Shown here: piece after piece, positions 37,985-51,958 of the stretch | Position numbering within the stretch: the stretch's first letter is position 1 | How the letters are laid out: each line of letters begins with the position of its first letter | Source: Octopus sinensis | Lineage: Eukaryota | Assembly: GCF_006345805.1 (NCBI RefSeq) | Contig: NC_043009.1 | Coordinates: 38,130,001 to 38,194,000, forward strand | Reading direction: 5' to 3' | Length of the DNA stretch: 64,000 nucleotides | The notes under the pieces: generated by a model | The model's input: only the letters and a program-made list of their open reading frames with translations | Told to the model about the DNA's origin: nothing | The model's database searches: none | Position numbers and translations under genes: made by a program

Positions 37985-38650
37985 CTTGCTTGCTGTGTCT
38001 GTCCACTATTTATCAGTAGTAGAACTGCCCACTTCTCACTTGGAACTGTCCACCACAACACTTTGGCATCAGTCTCAGTTTTAATGTCGTGAAATTGATT
38101 TGCAACGAGTGTTTGTGGAATTTTGTGCCATTCTTCGCGTAAAATACGCTTTAGCGAATGACGATTCATCAGAGAAGATGATATCGTTTCATTGAGCCAA
38201 TATCCACTTTTGATAGTGGAGACGCAGTTTTTTCCGCTTATCAATGTTGATAGTGTACCGGATAAGTTTGGCACATGCAACCCACCTTGGTATCTAGTTT
38301 TATGGAACTCACAACGAACAGTTTTGATTGATACAGGGTTGGCAAGGTAAAGTTGAAGCGCTTGCTGTAATTTATGCTGCCGCAATTCTATAATTTTTAG
38401 AGACAATATGTTTCACTGTTCTTCAGTTCCTCTCTATGAGTCTTACCTTCTGTTCAGAATTATGCATGTCAGAGCTACTTTTACCTTCGTTTTGGAATGC
38501 CAACATAATTTTAGAGATTGTACCTTTCGAAACATTAAACAATTCATCAGCTTTAGAAACTGACGCTCCAGCCAAAACGCGATCCAACAGTTTGTTCTCA
38601 TGGGAAATCAGATAGGTCACGCATTGCATCTTATTTAAATATATCTGCAA
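37985..38650 (-). mobile_element. Tc1-like transposase fossil with internal deletion
   Basis: RVLAGASVSKADELFNVSKGTISKIMLAFQNEGKSSS (paired-like HTH), NPVSIKTVRCEFHK and IFSDESSF, then a jump to LKRILREEWHKIP. Most of the DDE domain is missing. Confidence 0.8.
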
Positions 38651-38816
38651 GAAAAGAAAAGCAGAGGACTATATCACCATAGTACAATGCATACATAATG
38701 CATATGGACACATATACAGAGTCGAAGAGTTGAACAGTCTCTGAATTTGCTCTGTTGCCAATAGAAGTGCTACTTCTACTTGTTTGTCCAACACACACAC
38801 ACGCGCGCGCGCACAC

Positions 38817-38864
<48 letters not shown>

Positions 38865-39069
38865 GCATGTATGTATGTATGTATGTATGTATGTATGTAT
38901 GTGTGTGTGTAAGCATGTATATATATATGTGTATGCATGTATATATGTATGTCATATGTGTGTATGTATGTGTGTATGTATGTGTGTATGTATGTATGTA
39001 TGTATGTATATAAGTATGTGTGTGTATGCATGTATATATATGTGTATGTATGTATATATCTATGTATGT

Positions 39070-39653
39070 CATCGTTCAGTTTTATTTCAAGAACCTAGAT
39101 TCAAGGTACTTCATTAGAATTTCAACATCAACAACAGGGTATTTTTGTATGTATGTATGTATGTATGTATGTATGTATGTATGTATGTATGTATGTATGT
39201 ATGCATGTATATATGTATGCATGTATGTATGTGTGCAGATTTGTATGTTTTGCCTTATGTATGTATTCTCATGCATATATTTGCATATCTAGACATGCTC
39301 ATATACTCTTAAATGATAAACTTCTGGAAAGTTTTACAGACTTTTACAGTTCCAGTGATGAATTGTATCTGTAATCTTCGAATTAGCTTTCTCCTTTCCG
39401 GTTTTGAGAAGCCTAATTTCTCAAGATTGGTATTTAGGTAGTGTATTACATATCCCAGGCCCCAATAATTACAGGTATAAACCTGAATTTGTAATCTGGA
39501 TTGAGTAACTGCAGATTTTTCAATAGTTCAGCGTAGGTATTCTCTTTTTCATTCACCTTCAGCTTTATGTTAACATCTGCTGTGCAGCTAATTTCCACAG
39601 CTGTGCACACTTTCTCTTCTCTATCCCAAATTATATCAGGTCTGTTGTGCTTA
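39070..39653 (-). mobile_element. R4/Dong-type (restriction-like endonuclease) non-LTR retrotransposon, 3' fragment
   Basis: KHNRPDII-WDREEKVCTAVEISCTADVNIKLKVNEKENTYAELLKNLQLLNPDYKFRFIPVIIG(fs)LGYV..LEKLGFSKPERRKLIRRLQIQFITGTVKVCKTFQKFII* (stop 39311-39309), then a 3' UTR ending AATAAAACTGAAC, embedded in (CATA)n. Confidence 0.8.
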
Positions 39654-40856
39654 CGATGTTATTGAAGTATGTATGTATGCATATGTGTATGCATGTATGA
39701 ATGTATGTATGCATGTTTGTATGAATATATGTATGCATGTGTGTGTATGCATGCATATGTATGTATCTCTCACTTTTTCTTTCTCTCTCTCTCTCTCTCT
39801 CTCTCTCCATATATATTTATATATATATATATACAAGACCTTTTGTCTTTTGTGAAAAGTTAGTTTACCCTATATATATCTGAGATACATAATTATAATT
39901 TACGCAAGTTCATCTTCGTCTACTTAATCGCAAATTTATCTCCATTTGTCAAATCGAAAGTTTATTCCGTTTATCAAATCGACATTCAAGGCACAATTCG
40001 GTATTTAAAAGTGAAAAGAAATAAAGAGAAAAGCAAAAAGAAATGTTTAATGTCACATTAACTCCTTCTTCCCATAACGTTTTACATAAAACCGTGCTTT
40101 CTAATACATGAAACTAAACCTGTTTGTTCCGTGGCTAGAATGCGAATGTTTTAATCAGTCGACTCACATAGTATTATCGTATCACTAAGAGTGAAATGAT
40201 ACAAGAGAGTGAGAGAGAAAGATGTTATAATGGTTACATTTTCATTTAAAATTCGTGGACATTATAATTTTGTTTTTCACCATTCTCACTCATGATTCTT
40301 TAATGAAGTGTTTTAAATCTAATCTGTTCGGCATTTTCTGTCTTGACGCAGGCTTTCGGTCTCATACAGTCAGCAGACGACACCTCCTTGTTGCCGCATT
40401 GCTATTAATGTTCACCTTTTGACTGAATCATATTCAGTTAGCAAATGATAATTCAATAATGTAATTTCTTTTTTTTTTTATATAATATGTTTTAAAATAA
40501 AGTCTCTGCATCTGACATTTCAAATTTTAATATCAAACTAAAAATAAGATTGACTCAAATTTACAGGCTTCAACTAATATTAATTTCGTCTCATCGGCCA
40601 TTTTCTTCATCACCCCACTCCCATCTGATCTAAGGGTTGTATTACAACCGGTTTTATTACTGCATCTTTCTTTTCCTAAATATTCCTTTTGAAGTCCACT
40701 TTTTATGACGAGTTTCGAGAGAAACATAATATTTTTTCAAGATGAAACCTCATTATGCGAGTTAATTTCTAGATTTTCTATTACACTTCCATATATAATA
40801 CATATGTATGTGTATGCGCACACACACATACACACACACACATACCTATATGTATG

Positions 40857-40891
<35 letters not shown>

Positions 40892-40986
40892 ATGTGTATC
40901 TATCTATCTATCTATCTAACCTACATATATTTCCCTTCAATCTTCCTCCTATCTACATATCTACTCATACATATATACATACATAA

Positions 40987-41018
<32 letters not shown>

Positions 41019-41841
41019 TAATACATACATACACATGTATACTTTTCCCGAATACCCATTTCTGTTTATCTATCTATCTATCTATCTATCTATCGATCTA
41101 CCTACCTACCTACCTACCTACCTACCTACCTACCTGTCTGTCTGTCTGTCTGTAAACTGGTTTTAGCCTTCTTTTAATAATTTTGAAACGTGAAGAACAT
41201 TGAACTTTAAGTATGTGTGAAATACACACGTGTATAAAATTACAAAAGTAAATACAATATATTCATAAAATCATGTAGAAAGCATGTTAACTTGCAACTA
41301 CAAAAAGAAAATGAATGAACATTTCTTGTTAGTTAAATATGTTCGTAATGTGTAATATGCGTAGTGAGGTAGTGTTGAGAGTCAAGGCAAATACCTCACT
41401 TAAGGTAATCTACAAATAACGTGATTAATTTTCTGTTAGATATATATGTATTGATTCCGTTATTTGAGAGCGTAGCATAAAGGGAATTTAACTCTCATGT
41501 ACACATTTCCCTTGAAGCATTTGGCTGGGCTCTAAGCATTTATCCCCTAAAGCAACACTCTTTAAATATTTAGAGCTAATGCAACTATTTTCCTTTCCTA
41601 ATTTAACTGAAACTTCATAATTAAGATAAATGTTCTTTTATACAGAACTTAGTGTAAACTAAAACTGCAGAGAGAGAAACTTCTTAAAAGAAGTCAAAAC
41701 TCGTCGTACAAATCGATAAAAAAAAAAATCATTTTCCTGTTCTCAGTGTAAGTAATATTCTAATTGATTTCTTATTTGACGCACAAAACCATGAATATTA
41801 ATAATATTTTGGGACAATAATATATTTTCGAGTGTATTTGT

Positions 41842-42228
41842 GGATGGAAGCACTCCGTCGGTTACGACGACGAGGGTTCCGGTTGATCCGAATCAACGGA
41901 ACAGCCTGCTCGTGAAATTAACGTGTAAGTGGCTGAGCACTCCACAGACACGTGTACCCTTAACGTAGTTCTCGGGGATATTCAGCGTGACACAGAGAGT
42001 GACAAGGCCGGCCCTTTGAAATACAGGTACAACAGAAACAGGAAGTAAGAGTGAGAGAAAGTTGTGGTGAAAGAGTACAGCAGGGATCACCACCATCTCC
42101 TGCCGGAGCCGCGTGGAGCTTTAGGTGTTTTTGCTCAATAAACACTCACAACGCCCGGTCTGGGAATCGAAACAGCGATCCTATGACTGCGAGTCCGCTG
42201 CCCTAACCACAGGGCCATTTTGCCTCCA
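41842..42228 (-). mobile_element. SINE family D (body Y, tail T3) with TSD
   Basis: Head TGGAGGCAAAATGGCCCTGTGGTTAGGGCAGCGGACTCGCAGTC; 12-bp TSD GAGTGTATTTGT (41830-41841 / 42230-42241). Confidence 0.9.
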
Positions 42229-42718
42229 TGAGTGTATTTGTAATATTACATTAAATGAAATACTGAAAGGAAACCCCCTCGGCTTGATGAGATCATAACG
42301 CGTTTGCTGCTTATACTATTTAAAATTAGGGGTCTTTTCGGCCAAATACAAAGTATTCCAGATAAATTACACAGAAAAGGGATATAACTTTTAGAACTTA
42401 ACGTCATAAATCATTTATACTACGGATGTGGTGAGTTGGTTGAATGTTACAGCGTGTTATGGCTCCTTACGTTCTGAGTTCAAATTCCGCCGTGGTCATC
42501 TTTCTTCTTTCACCATTACGGGGTTGATAAAATAAATACTTGTCTAGTACTGCGGTTGGTTTAATCAACTACCCCGTCCTAAATCTAAATTAATTAAATT
42601 ATACGCGTAATATCAAATTGCTTCAACCGCAAATCGAAACCAAATCACTGAAAAAAAAACTTCTTCCAGTAATGAAAGTAGCAAATGTAAACAGATATTA
42701 GTTTGATTTTATAAAAAG

Positions 42719-43320
42719 TAAGGTGGCGGACTGACAAAATTGGTAGCACGCCGCACAAAAATGCTTGGCGGCATTTCATCCATCTTTACGTTCTGAGTTC
42801 AAATTCCACCGAAGTCGATGTTGCTTTTTATCATTGAGTGTCGATGAAATAAGTACCAATAAATACTGGGGTCGAGTTGGCAGAAACGTTAGCGCGCCGG
42901 CCGAAATGCTGAGCGGTATTTCGTCTGCCATTACGCTCTGAGTTCAAATTCCGCCGAGGTCGACTTTGCCTTTCATCCTTTCGGGGTCGATTAAATAAGT
43001 ACCAGTTACGTACTGGGGTCGATGTAATCGACTTAATCCCTTTGTCTGTCCTTGTTTGTCCTCTCTATGTTTAGCGCCTTGTGGGCAATAAAGAAATAAG
43101 AAACGTTAGCACGTTGGATAAAATGCTATAATAGCGTTTCTTCTATCTCTTTACGTTCTGAGTTCATATTCTGCCGAGGTCAACTTCGCTATTCTTCGTT
43201 TTGGTGTCGGTAAAAAAAAAGAGTTCCACTCAACTACTGGAGTCGATCTGATCGACAAAATTCTCCCTTTTATATTGCTGGTCTTGTTAAAAAATTAGAA
43301 AAGATAATAATAATAATAAT
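42719..43320 (+). mobile_element. Head-to-tail chain of three family A units (A2-A1-A2)
   Basis: Units at ~42719-42876, 42877-43100 and ~43096-43320; the last restarts at AGAAACGTTAGC. Confidence 0.8.
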
Positions 43321-44271
43321 AATTATATTTTTAATCTTTCCATCATGAACAAAGGCCAAACCGACGATCGTGACTGTTACGAAGAAGGAAAGGAGGAAGA
43401 TATCTGGGACTTTGCCGTAACAGGGCATTCAAAATGCCAAACGGTGGTGTTTAGTTGGGCGATGGGTTAAGTCCACTACCCTTGTATGCCATTGTAAGAT
43501 TTGAACTCAGAACGCCAAAAAAGGAAAAGAAACGCCACAAGACACTCTGGCTGACGTTTTTACAACTTCACCAATCCGCCATCTTGTATTGGTATTGATT
43601 TTTATATAGATCTCTAATGGACAAAAAGCAAACTTGATGTGGGTGGGGATTGAACTTAGACCATAGAAATTCAGCACAACCACAATGAGGTATTTTGTCC
43701 GACGGGTGTATGACGCTGCCAGTTTGCCGCTTAAATTATTGATAATTGGTATTATACAACTTGAAACTTTCAAATTGTCAATAACTACTGCCTGACCCTT
43801 GTTCGCTTTTAACTTCCTTTGCTCTGTCGGAAGCAGTCGGATAAAACATCCATTTATAGCAACGTTACTGGCTTTCTGTGCATGTGTGGACTATGATATT
43901 GAAATCAAACGGAGAATACATTCATACGTTAGACAGTAAATCGTTACATTTACAAATTAGAACAGCACATAGACGTGGCAAGCCTTGTCTGTTAAAAGAC
44001 GTCTCGACATATGTCAGATACAAAATTTGCAGTTACTACCCAAGGCTTTTGATAGAAATGTCGGTACGCTTGGTATCAAAAGAAACGATTATTCCTGCAA
44101 TCAAAGATTAACAATTGCAATGAGCTTCTCAACTGTCAACAGTTAAATACATTATTTGAATAACGCAGAGACCATGCATCGTTGCTATGCTTCAGTGTGT
44201 CTCTGCACGTGTCATAATGGTTTTAATGTCATTTGCAGTTTACTACGCATTGCAGTTTCTCTTATTTGTCG

Positions 44272-44780
44272 TAGGCGCAGACACGGCTGTGTGGTTAAAA
44301 AGTTCGCTTCGCAACCATGTGGATTCGGGTTTACTACTACTGCGTGGCACCTTGGGCAAGTTTTTCTAAAGTAATCTATACTATATATGCTATATATAAA
44401 TAGTATAGATTACTATAGCCCTGGGACGATTATTACTTTGGGAGTGAATTTGGTAGATGGAAACTGTATGGAAGCCTGCTTTATATATGTATATATGTAC
44501 ATGTATACACACACATACACACTTGTATGTATATGTCTATCACCACCTGTGTGTATTTTTGTGCCTTTGTGCTTGTCCTCACACCACTCGAACAACAAGC
44601 GTTGGTTTGTTTACGTCCCTGTAACATACCCATTTAGCAAAAATAAATGTCGATAGTATAATTAGCAGATTGTAAAATGATTAAGTACTGGCATCTATCA
44701 ATTAGTTCGACTAAATCTTTTAATGCGATGTCCCAGCATGGCTGCAGTCCAATGACTAAAGCAAGCCAAAGAATAAATCC
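44272..44780 (+). mobile_element. SINE family C, older full-length copy with a palindromic insertion
   Basis: Head GTAGGCGCAGACACGGCTGTGTGG; tail CCCAGCATGGCTGCAGTCCAATGACT. Confidence 0.75.
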
Positions 44781-44959
44781 CGATTAGGATTTATTGAAGC
44801 CAAAATATTGAAAAAAAAAAAAAAAAAAAAATTTTGTTCCTAATATTCCATTTTAGAGTGTTTTTATTATGTTGCTTATATTGGTCTCTAATTTTGACAC
44901 AATGCCAGTAATTTCGTGGAAGGGCGTAAGTCGATTACATTGACTTTAGTCCTCAACTG

Positions 44960-45364
44960 GTATATCAATCCTTTTCTACTCCAGGCTCAAGGCCCGAAAT
45001 TTTTGGGGAGGGGGTGGCCAGTCGATTAGATCGACTCAGTACGCAACTGGTACTCAATTTATCGACCCCGAAAAGATGAAAGATAAAGTCGACCTCGACG
45101 GAATTTGAAGACAGAGCGTAAAGACGGACGAAATACCTATTTCTTTACTACACACAAGGGGCTAAACATAGAGGGGACAAACAAGGACAGACAAACGGAT
45201 TAAGTCGATTATATCGACCCCAGTGCGTAACTGGTACTTATTTAATCGACCCCGAAAGGATGAAAGGCAAAGTCGACCTCGACAGAATTTGAACTCAGAA
45301 CGTAACGGCAGACGAAATACGGCTACGCATTTCGCGTGCTAACGTTTCTGCCAGCTCGCCGCTT
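44960..45364 (-). mobile_element. SINE family A composite (A1 full length plus A2 second unit)
   Basis: Junction GAAATAG|GTATTTCGTC at 45137|45136. Confidence 0.85.
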
Positions 45365-46107
45365 TATTTTCCTTATGTATTGAAATCAATGCACGTCCGA
45401 ATAATTATAAGATACTGATATATTTTAGTGCATCGGTCCGGGGCGGGGAGCTAGCAAGAATCGTTAGCATGTCGGACACAACATTTAGCAGTATTTCTTC
45501 TGGCCCTTAACGTTCTGAGTTACAATATCACCGAGGTCAACTTTACAAGTATCTTATTGTATAGGTTATTGTTTGACCACAGGTCAGCCTGTTTAAACAG
45601 ACCAATGATCAAAACATTAGCCAAAGCCTTCTCGTGTCTGTTTCTCAAACTTAGTGTATAAGACATTAAGGGGTTATTTGAGACTAATTTGGCTACTATC
45701 TCTTCCACGTTGAGCGACTGAGTAGAGGGTACCTCGTTGATTTGATACTGAATGGTAAGTGGCGTTTGTGAGGCGCCAATGAAAGTTCATCTTCAGTTAT
45801 TCGTGATCACGTGACCGATTACATCAAAACGACACATCCTCTACATAGTTTTTCGACCTACTAGAAACTGTTGCCTACTATCTTTCAAATAACATCTTAC
45901 CATCATCAGTAAAATGGGAAGCATGAGATAAGGTTGTAGTGGAAGTTCCTGAACAAGTAGGGTGGTCATAATGGTGCACATTTTATTATAGGTGTGCTCA
46001 ATCAGCGCTAACTGGAGCTAAACTTCATTATCATCTTTATCAAGTTCAACATCATCAGCATCATCATTGTCGTCGTCGCCATGGTTTGCATTTAATATAT
46101 GAAAAAG

Positions 46108-46341
46108 AAGGCGACGAGCTGGCAGAAACGTTAGCACGCCGGGCGAAACGCTCAGCAGTACATCGTCTGCCATTACGTTCTGAGTTCAAATTCCGCCGAG
46201 GTCGACTTTGCCTTTCATCCTTTCGGGGTCGATTAAATAAGTACCAGTTACACACTGGGGGTAGATGTAATCGATTTAATCTCTTTGTCTGTCCTTGTTT
46301 TTCTCCTCTATGTTTAGCCCCCTGTGGGTAATAAAGAAATA
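46108..46341 (+). mobile_element. SINE family A (A1) with TSD
   Basis: 14-bp TSD AATATATGAAAA(A/G)G (46094-46107 / 46342-46355). Confidence 0.92.
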
Positions 46342-46455
46342 AATATATGAAAAGGAAGTCCGTTTAGCATGGCCTATCATCATTGCAAGCTAGCGAAAAA
46401 AATCGCCTTGGTATCATTTTAACTGCGCTATGTGTAAGGTAACAGCCGTGGTTTA

Positions 46456-46690
46456 TAGGCACGTGAATACGCATTGCTTAGTGGGTAGGGAATTTCACTC
46501 CGATCGCAAGTTCGTGGTTTCAATTCCCCAGATCTAATCCGGCGTTATGTTTTTGAGCAAAACACTTAATTTTCTGTTACTCCGTTTCGATCAGCTTGGA
46601 CTCCGTTCAGCGAGAGTGTCGTGATCTCGGTTACTCATACGACATAGAAACCAGGTAACCGTTTCTATGAATCCTTGGACTCGAGATGGT
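46456..46690 (+). mobile_element. SINE family B-like, strongly diverged
   Basis: CTTAGTGGGTAGGG head and TTTTTGAGCAAAACACTT core. Confidence 0.5.
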
Positions 46691-48799
46691 ACTTTTTATT
46701 AACGCAACGCAGACTAAAAACCATTAACCTCTCAATCGAATGTTCAATACCTATCGATTTAGCCAATTGTAGCTTTTGATATTGAATTATTCAAGAGAGT
46801 GCACCTATGCGATTATTTAAACGGTATTGCATGCTATTTTGATCTAAGATATTTTCTTTTAATACTAAAATATTTCAAAAAGAATTATATCGCTTTCCAG
46901 TTTTAACTATTTTATGAATATATTCGCGCGAGTAGTAGTTGATTAGCCTTGACATGTGATGGGCAATTTTTTAATGTGGGTACTTTACCCGTGTACATGG
47001 TTCTTTTAATATCGTTCTTTCCCTTTCTTTTGTTTTTGCTTTTAAAGCAAACATTTTTGATTTATGGCAAAGAAAGCAATGAAGATTTTTAAGCAGATTT
47101 TATGGCGTGATTATCTGCTTCATAACTTTCTCGTGTACACCATGATTGTCTAAAAATTTTTATATAATTTTAAGTTTGATATTTAATTAATGCTTTAAAT
47201 CAGATCTGCTCGTAGCTATTTAATTCAAATAAAGCTGTGATTTTATTGTTTCAAAGCAGCGAGATTAGATGGGTGAAGTGATTGCAATTCCGCATAAAAT
47301 CCTGAAAACAAAAATTTAAAGATATTCATAAGCTACAAGTGATCTAATAAATAAGATTTTTCTAATCTATCAGGTCTTATCTCACATGTAAATGTTCTTA
47401 GTTTAGTTACGTGAAAGAGATAACAGTTTCTGTCTTTATATGCTAAAACTATAGAGATTGTTCTAAAAGTCGAAGATTGCAGCCTTCATAACGAATATAT
47501 TATGTCATGTTAAAGACATATCTGAAAGCGAACATTTATTATTATAAATTGAAAATATGTAATCAATAGTCGTTAGTACGACAAAATATATTTTATCGAA
47601 CTAACGATTATGGATTAAATATTTTTTTTTCTTTCACTCTCAGAATTATCTTCGAGTTCTTTATTCTAAATGGCTGGAAATAGCTTGTTTTGAATTTGTC
47701 GACCGCTGGAATATTATAAATTTATAATAATGTACAAATGATGCATTAAAATGGAGTGATCCCAAAATTTTAATAACAAGTACATACACACACATGCATA
47801 TGACTAAGGTAAAATACCTCATTGGATTGTTTTGTCAGCGAAATAAAATTAGGGTAGTGTCTTACTTATGCCATAGAGTGAATTGATCACCCTGGGTCTT
47901 GCCAGCTGAGGTGAATATGTTTCGTTGAGAAGATCTCATAAGACCAAAACACGTCCGGTGCTTTCTCCATTTAGCTTTAAAGGTCAAATCGACTGCATTC
48001 TGCATTCTCTAAATTGATCAAGTGTTTGTTTTTTTCAGGGTTCAACTTTTGTATGTATACATATGTACGCACGCACTCGTGTGTATATATACATATACAC
48101 GTGTGTGTGTATATATATATATATGGGGTGGGGAATGAATCTGTACTCAACCGTAATTGAGCAAACCTCTCTCTTTATCAGGCACTAGAAAATTTATCTA
48201 AAAATCCTTTTTTTTCTCTCAAGAGTGTAGCATGTAATTTGTATAAAATTTCGCTAGTTCTTCTAGCGGGTGGATGACCTACGTAGAAGCCGCGTCGTTG
48301 ACTCGAAATATTTCTATTATTCCTGGTTGTAGATTTATCGTGTTAACACAGCATTTTGTTGTGAAAGACTGAATTCTTGTAAAATAGCTTTGAATTCAGA
48401 AGGAAAAACATTTTTTTCCTTCAGAAAAATGTTATGTTGACATTTGTGCCTTTTTAAGCGATGTCAACAGCGTTAAGCAAAATAAAAATAGCCATAAAAG
48501 TCGTTGTGTGTTGACGAGGCGTTTCAGTTTGTGTTCCTTGTCTCAGAGCTCTGGTCATAACGCTAATGAAAATATAATCAATTTATAGGCACAGCTGAGG
48601 TGGCGAGCTGACAGAAAGGCGACGAGCTCTCAGAATCGTTAGCATGTCAGGAAAAATGCTTAGAGGCTATTCTATTCGTTCTGAGTTCAAATCCTACCGA
48701 GAATATCGATTAATGATAATCCCACACCTCAAAATTGCTGGTCTTGTGTCAAAATTATCTATCTATTTATCTCGTGTGTGTGTATTTTTTTTGTTTGCC

Positions 48800-49075
48800 T
48801 CCACCGTACCGATTGGCAACTGGTGTTTGTTTACATCTCCGTAACTTAGCTGTTCGGCAAAAAAAAAAGAAGCCGGTAGAATAAGCACTAAACTTTTAAA
48901 GTACTGTAGTCGATTTGCTTGACCATACTTTTTAGGCGATGCTGCTGTTCGGCAAAACAAAAGAAGCTGATAGAATAAGCATTAAACTTTTAAAGTACTG
49001 TAGTCGATTTGCTTGACCATACTTTTTAGGCGATGCTCCAGCATAGTTACAGCCCAGTCAATGAAACCTGGAATA
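48800..49075 (+). mobile_element. SINE family C 3' half with a ~95-bp internal tandem duplication
   Basis: GCTGTTCGGCAAAA..TAGGCGATGCT repeated at ~48850-48945 and ~48945-49037. Confidence 0.75.
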
Positions 49076-49374
49076 AAACTGGAACTCGGAATCTTGGGAT
49101 TAGTAAGCCCGCGCTGTTAACCATTACGTTATATGCCCGTAGGCAATTATAGAGTGAATTCTAGGGCTTATAAACCTAATATTTTTGTATCTTTCCTTCA
49201 TACCAGTTCCCATATTATACACATATCTGCACTAGGTCTGCTTAGGAGGTTATTGTGTCCTAGTATATGTGCTGCTTCTTTTAGTTTTCGTATTTTCCAG
49301 TGGTGTTCTCTGTCTATTAATCGCAGGTTACTAACCCCAAGATTCCGAGTTCAATTCCAGGCAGTGCTTTGAAT

Positions 49375-49375
49375 A

Positions 49376-49411
<36 letters not shown>

Positions 49412-49503
49412 CATTATTATTATTATTATTATTATTGTTATTATCATTATTATTATTATTGTTGTTGTTGTTGTTATCAATATTATTATTATTATTATTA
49501 TTA

Positions 49504-49541
<38 letters not shown>

Positions 49542-49557
49542 TGTTGTTGTTGTTGTT

Positions 49558-49617
<60 letters not shown>

Positions 49618-49620
49618 TTT
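49375..49620. repeat. Compound trinucleotide microsatellite (AAT)n-(ATT)n-(GTT)n
   Basis: Seen directly in the sequence. Confidence 0.95.
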
Positions 49621-50643
49621 AAGTGATATGATGAGAGAATGAGTAAATCTTAAGTCGGTAGATTGACAAAGCGGATAGAATATCTGTGTTCACAGAGTAG
49701 TAAAGACGGCGAAATACCTGACAAAATAACTTTAAGAATTTAAATTTCTTATTTCCAGGTTTCGAATTCGACCGGCGCTTACTTTGCCTTTCAGCATTCT
49801 CGCATCAATAAAATAAGTACTCTGGTTAGAGATCGCCGATTTCGACTAATCCTGGAAATGATGTATGCTTCTGCTTGACTTAGCTATCTCTCGAAATTCT
49901 GTGACTGATGATGCACAGGTAGGCACCAGAGACTTAGGCATGTACCGAATTTCTTGGACGAAATACAGTTCGAAAGTTAACCACAACTTCACCAAGAACA
50001 ACCTTTTCCAGATTTATTAGCTGGAAGAAAATAACAGACAATAAGTCTGGAAAACGAAAGTGTATGAACAAGAATTCTCGTAAAAGAGCTACATTTTATC
50101 TGAGGATTTTATACAACAGTGGGCTAAAAGATGGGCGAGTTTCCATATGCCTTTCAAGTAGGAGTTTGAGTGAAGCTTCACTGTTGTATACCAGACTGTA
50201 CTTTTCCTCGTTGGGCTCACATCGTAGGAAAGAAGTGGTTTCAGTTTTAAGGCTGTGACACGAGAAAGCAGGCAGAGATTGTGTGCACAAAGGTTTGTGC
50301 TGCAACGCATGGATAACAGAAATTCGAAGCTTGTGGTCTGGGTTATAGATGCAGATATAAACCTTTAGCACGTTGTCTACTCTGCGGCACAATATGTGCA
50401 TGGCGAGCGCTGCTGCTGCTGCTGCTGCTGTTGTTGTTAAGCAACAAGATGGGTATGGGTGATTAGGTGATGGTCTAGGGCCTAGGAGCGGGAGACCCCA
50501 GACCTTGGAAAAAAAAAAAACTTTGGTCGTCTTGTTGTAGTCGAGGGCTCTTCGTTGACGCCCGACACCACTGGGAGGTGACCCTCGAAGTCGCTGGATA
50601 TGGAGATCTCCAGGTTCAAATTTTTGGACGGCTGCTACTGCTG

Positions 50644-50714
<71 letters not shown>

Positions 50715-50796
50715 TTGTGACATCGATAATTATATGCTGAACTCTGATTTTATTTTGGGACTAATTGTGGTGATATGGCTAAGTGTGATGATTATA

Positions 50797-50960
50797 GGCT
50801 CAGGCGTGGCTGAGTGGTAACAAGCTTGCTTCCCAACTACGTGGTTCCGAGTTCAGTTCCATACGCGGCACCATGGGCAAGCGTCTTCTACTATAGCTCC
50901 GAAACGACTAAATCCTTTTGAGTGCTTCTGGAGGAGACGGATACTGAAAGAAGCCCGTCT

Positions 50961-50997
<37 letters not shown>

Positions 50998-51442
50998 CCA
51001 CACCGCTTGACTGCCAGTATTGGTCTCTTCTAAGGCGGCGAGCTGACAGAGACGTTAGCACTCTGGGAGAAATGCTTAGCAGTATTTCACCTGCCGCTGC
51101 GTTCTGAGTTCAAATTCCGCCGAGGTTGACTTTACCTTTCATCCTTTCCGGGTCAATTAAATAAGTACCAGTTACGCACTGGGGTTGATATAATCGACTT
51201 AATCCGTTTGTCTGTCCTTGTTTGTCCTCTCCGTGTTTAGCCCCTTGTGGGTAGTAAAGAAATAAGTATTGGACTCTTCTCATCGCCGTATCTAGCGGTT
51301 CAGCAAAAAGAGATCCGATAGAGATTCGTTATACTAAGCATAGACAAAAGAAAATAAATACTTCGGGGCGATTTGTTCAACCAATCCCTTCATGGCGGTG
51401 CTCCAGTGTCGCAGTCTAATGACTGAAACAAGTAAAGATAAA
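50797..51442 (+). mobile_element. SINE family C (older) interrupted by a family A insertion
   Basis: Host head at ~50797; host tail GGCGGTGCTCCAGTGTCGCAGTCTAATGACTGAAAC at ~51395-51430. Confidence 0.8.
51032..51265 (+). mobile_element. SINE family A (A1) nested in family C
   Basis: 15-bp TSD GTATTGG(T/A)CTCTTCT (51017-51031 / 51266-51280). Confidence 0.92.
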
Positions 51443-51958
51443 CTATGGAAGACATGGTTCATCGATTTTGCATATTTGTTTTATTTATTGAAAGACAAGA
51501 TTATAAAGTCAACCCTGATGTAATTTGATCTCAGAAACAATAGGTAACGAAATATCAGCTGAAAGTTTAGACTACTGTCTGCGCTACTTCAACCAGAATT
51601 AAAACAATCTTGCGGCAAGTCAAGTCAAGCGGACGATGTAATCTTGATTTTTTTTTCCGGTTGAAGCTATTTCATCTCATTTACTCCGCCAATACTCATG
51701 AGAAAGCTGTAAAAGTCATACAGCGTTATCACTTGTACTGTAAATAAACTGGGGCCTAGCCCGAGTCGTAAAAAAAATTTCGGTTTTGATTCTGTTGTGT
51801 GACATCTTAGGCGACTGTCGTTTTTTTCTCTTTTGTTTTTCTATAGTTTTGAGTCGATCTATATTTTTTACTGACGGAAAATGATCAATTCTCTGGATGA
51901 ATTGAAGGACGGTTAGATTGTACCAGCAATTCAAAAGGTACAGCCTTGACACACTGTG

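Noticed and set aside
49900-49970. Hammerhead at CTGATGATGCAC..GAAATAC
   Set aside because: No consistent stem I or stem III.
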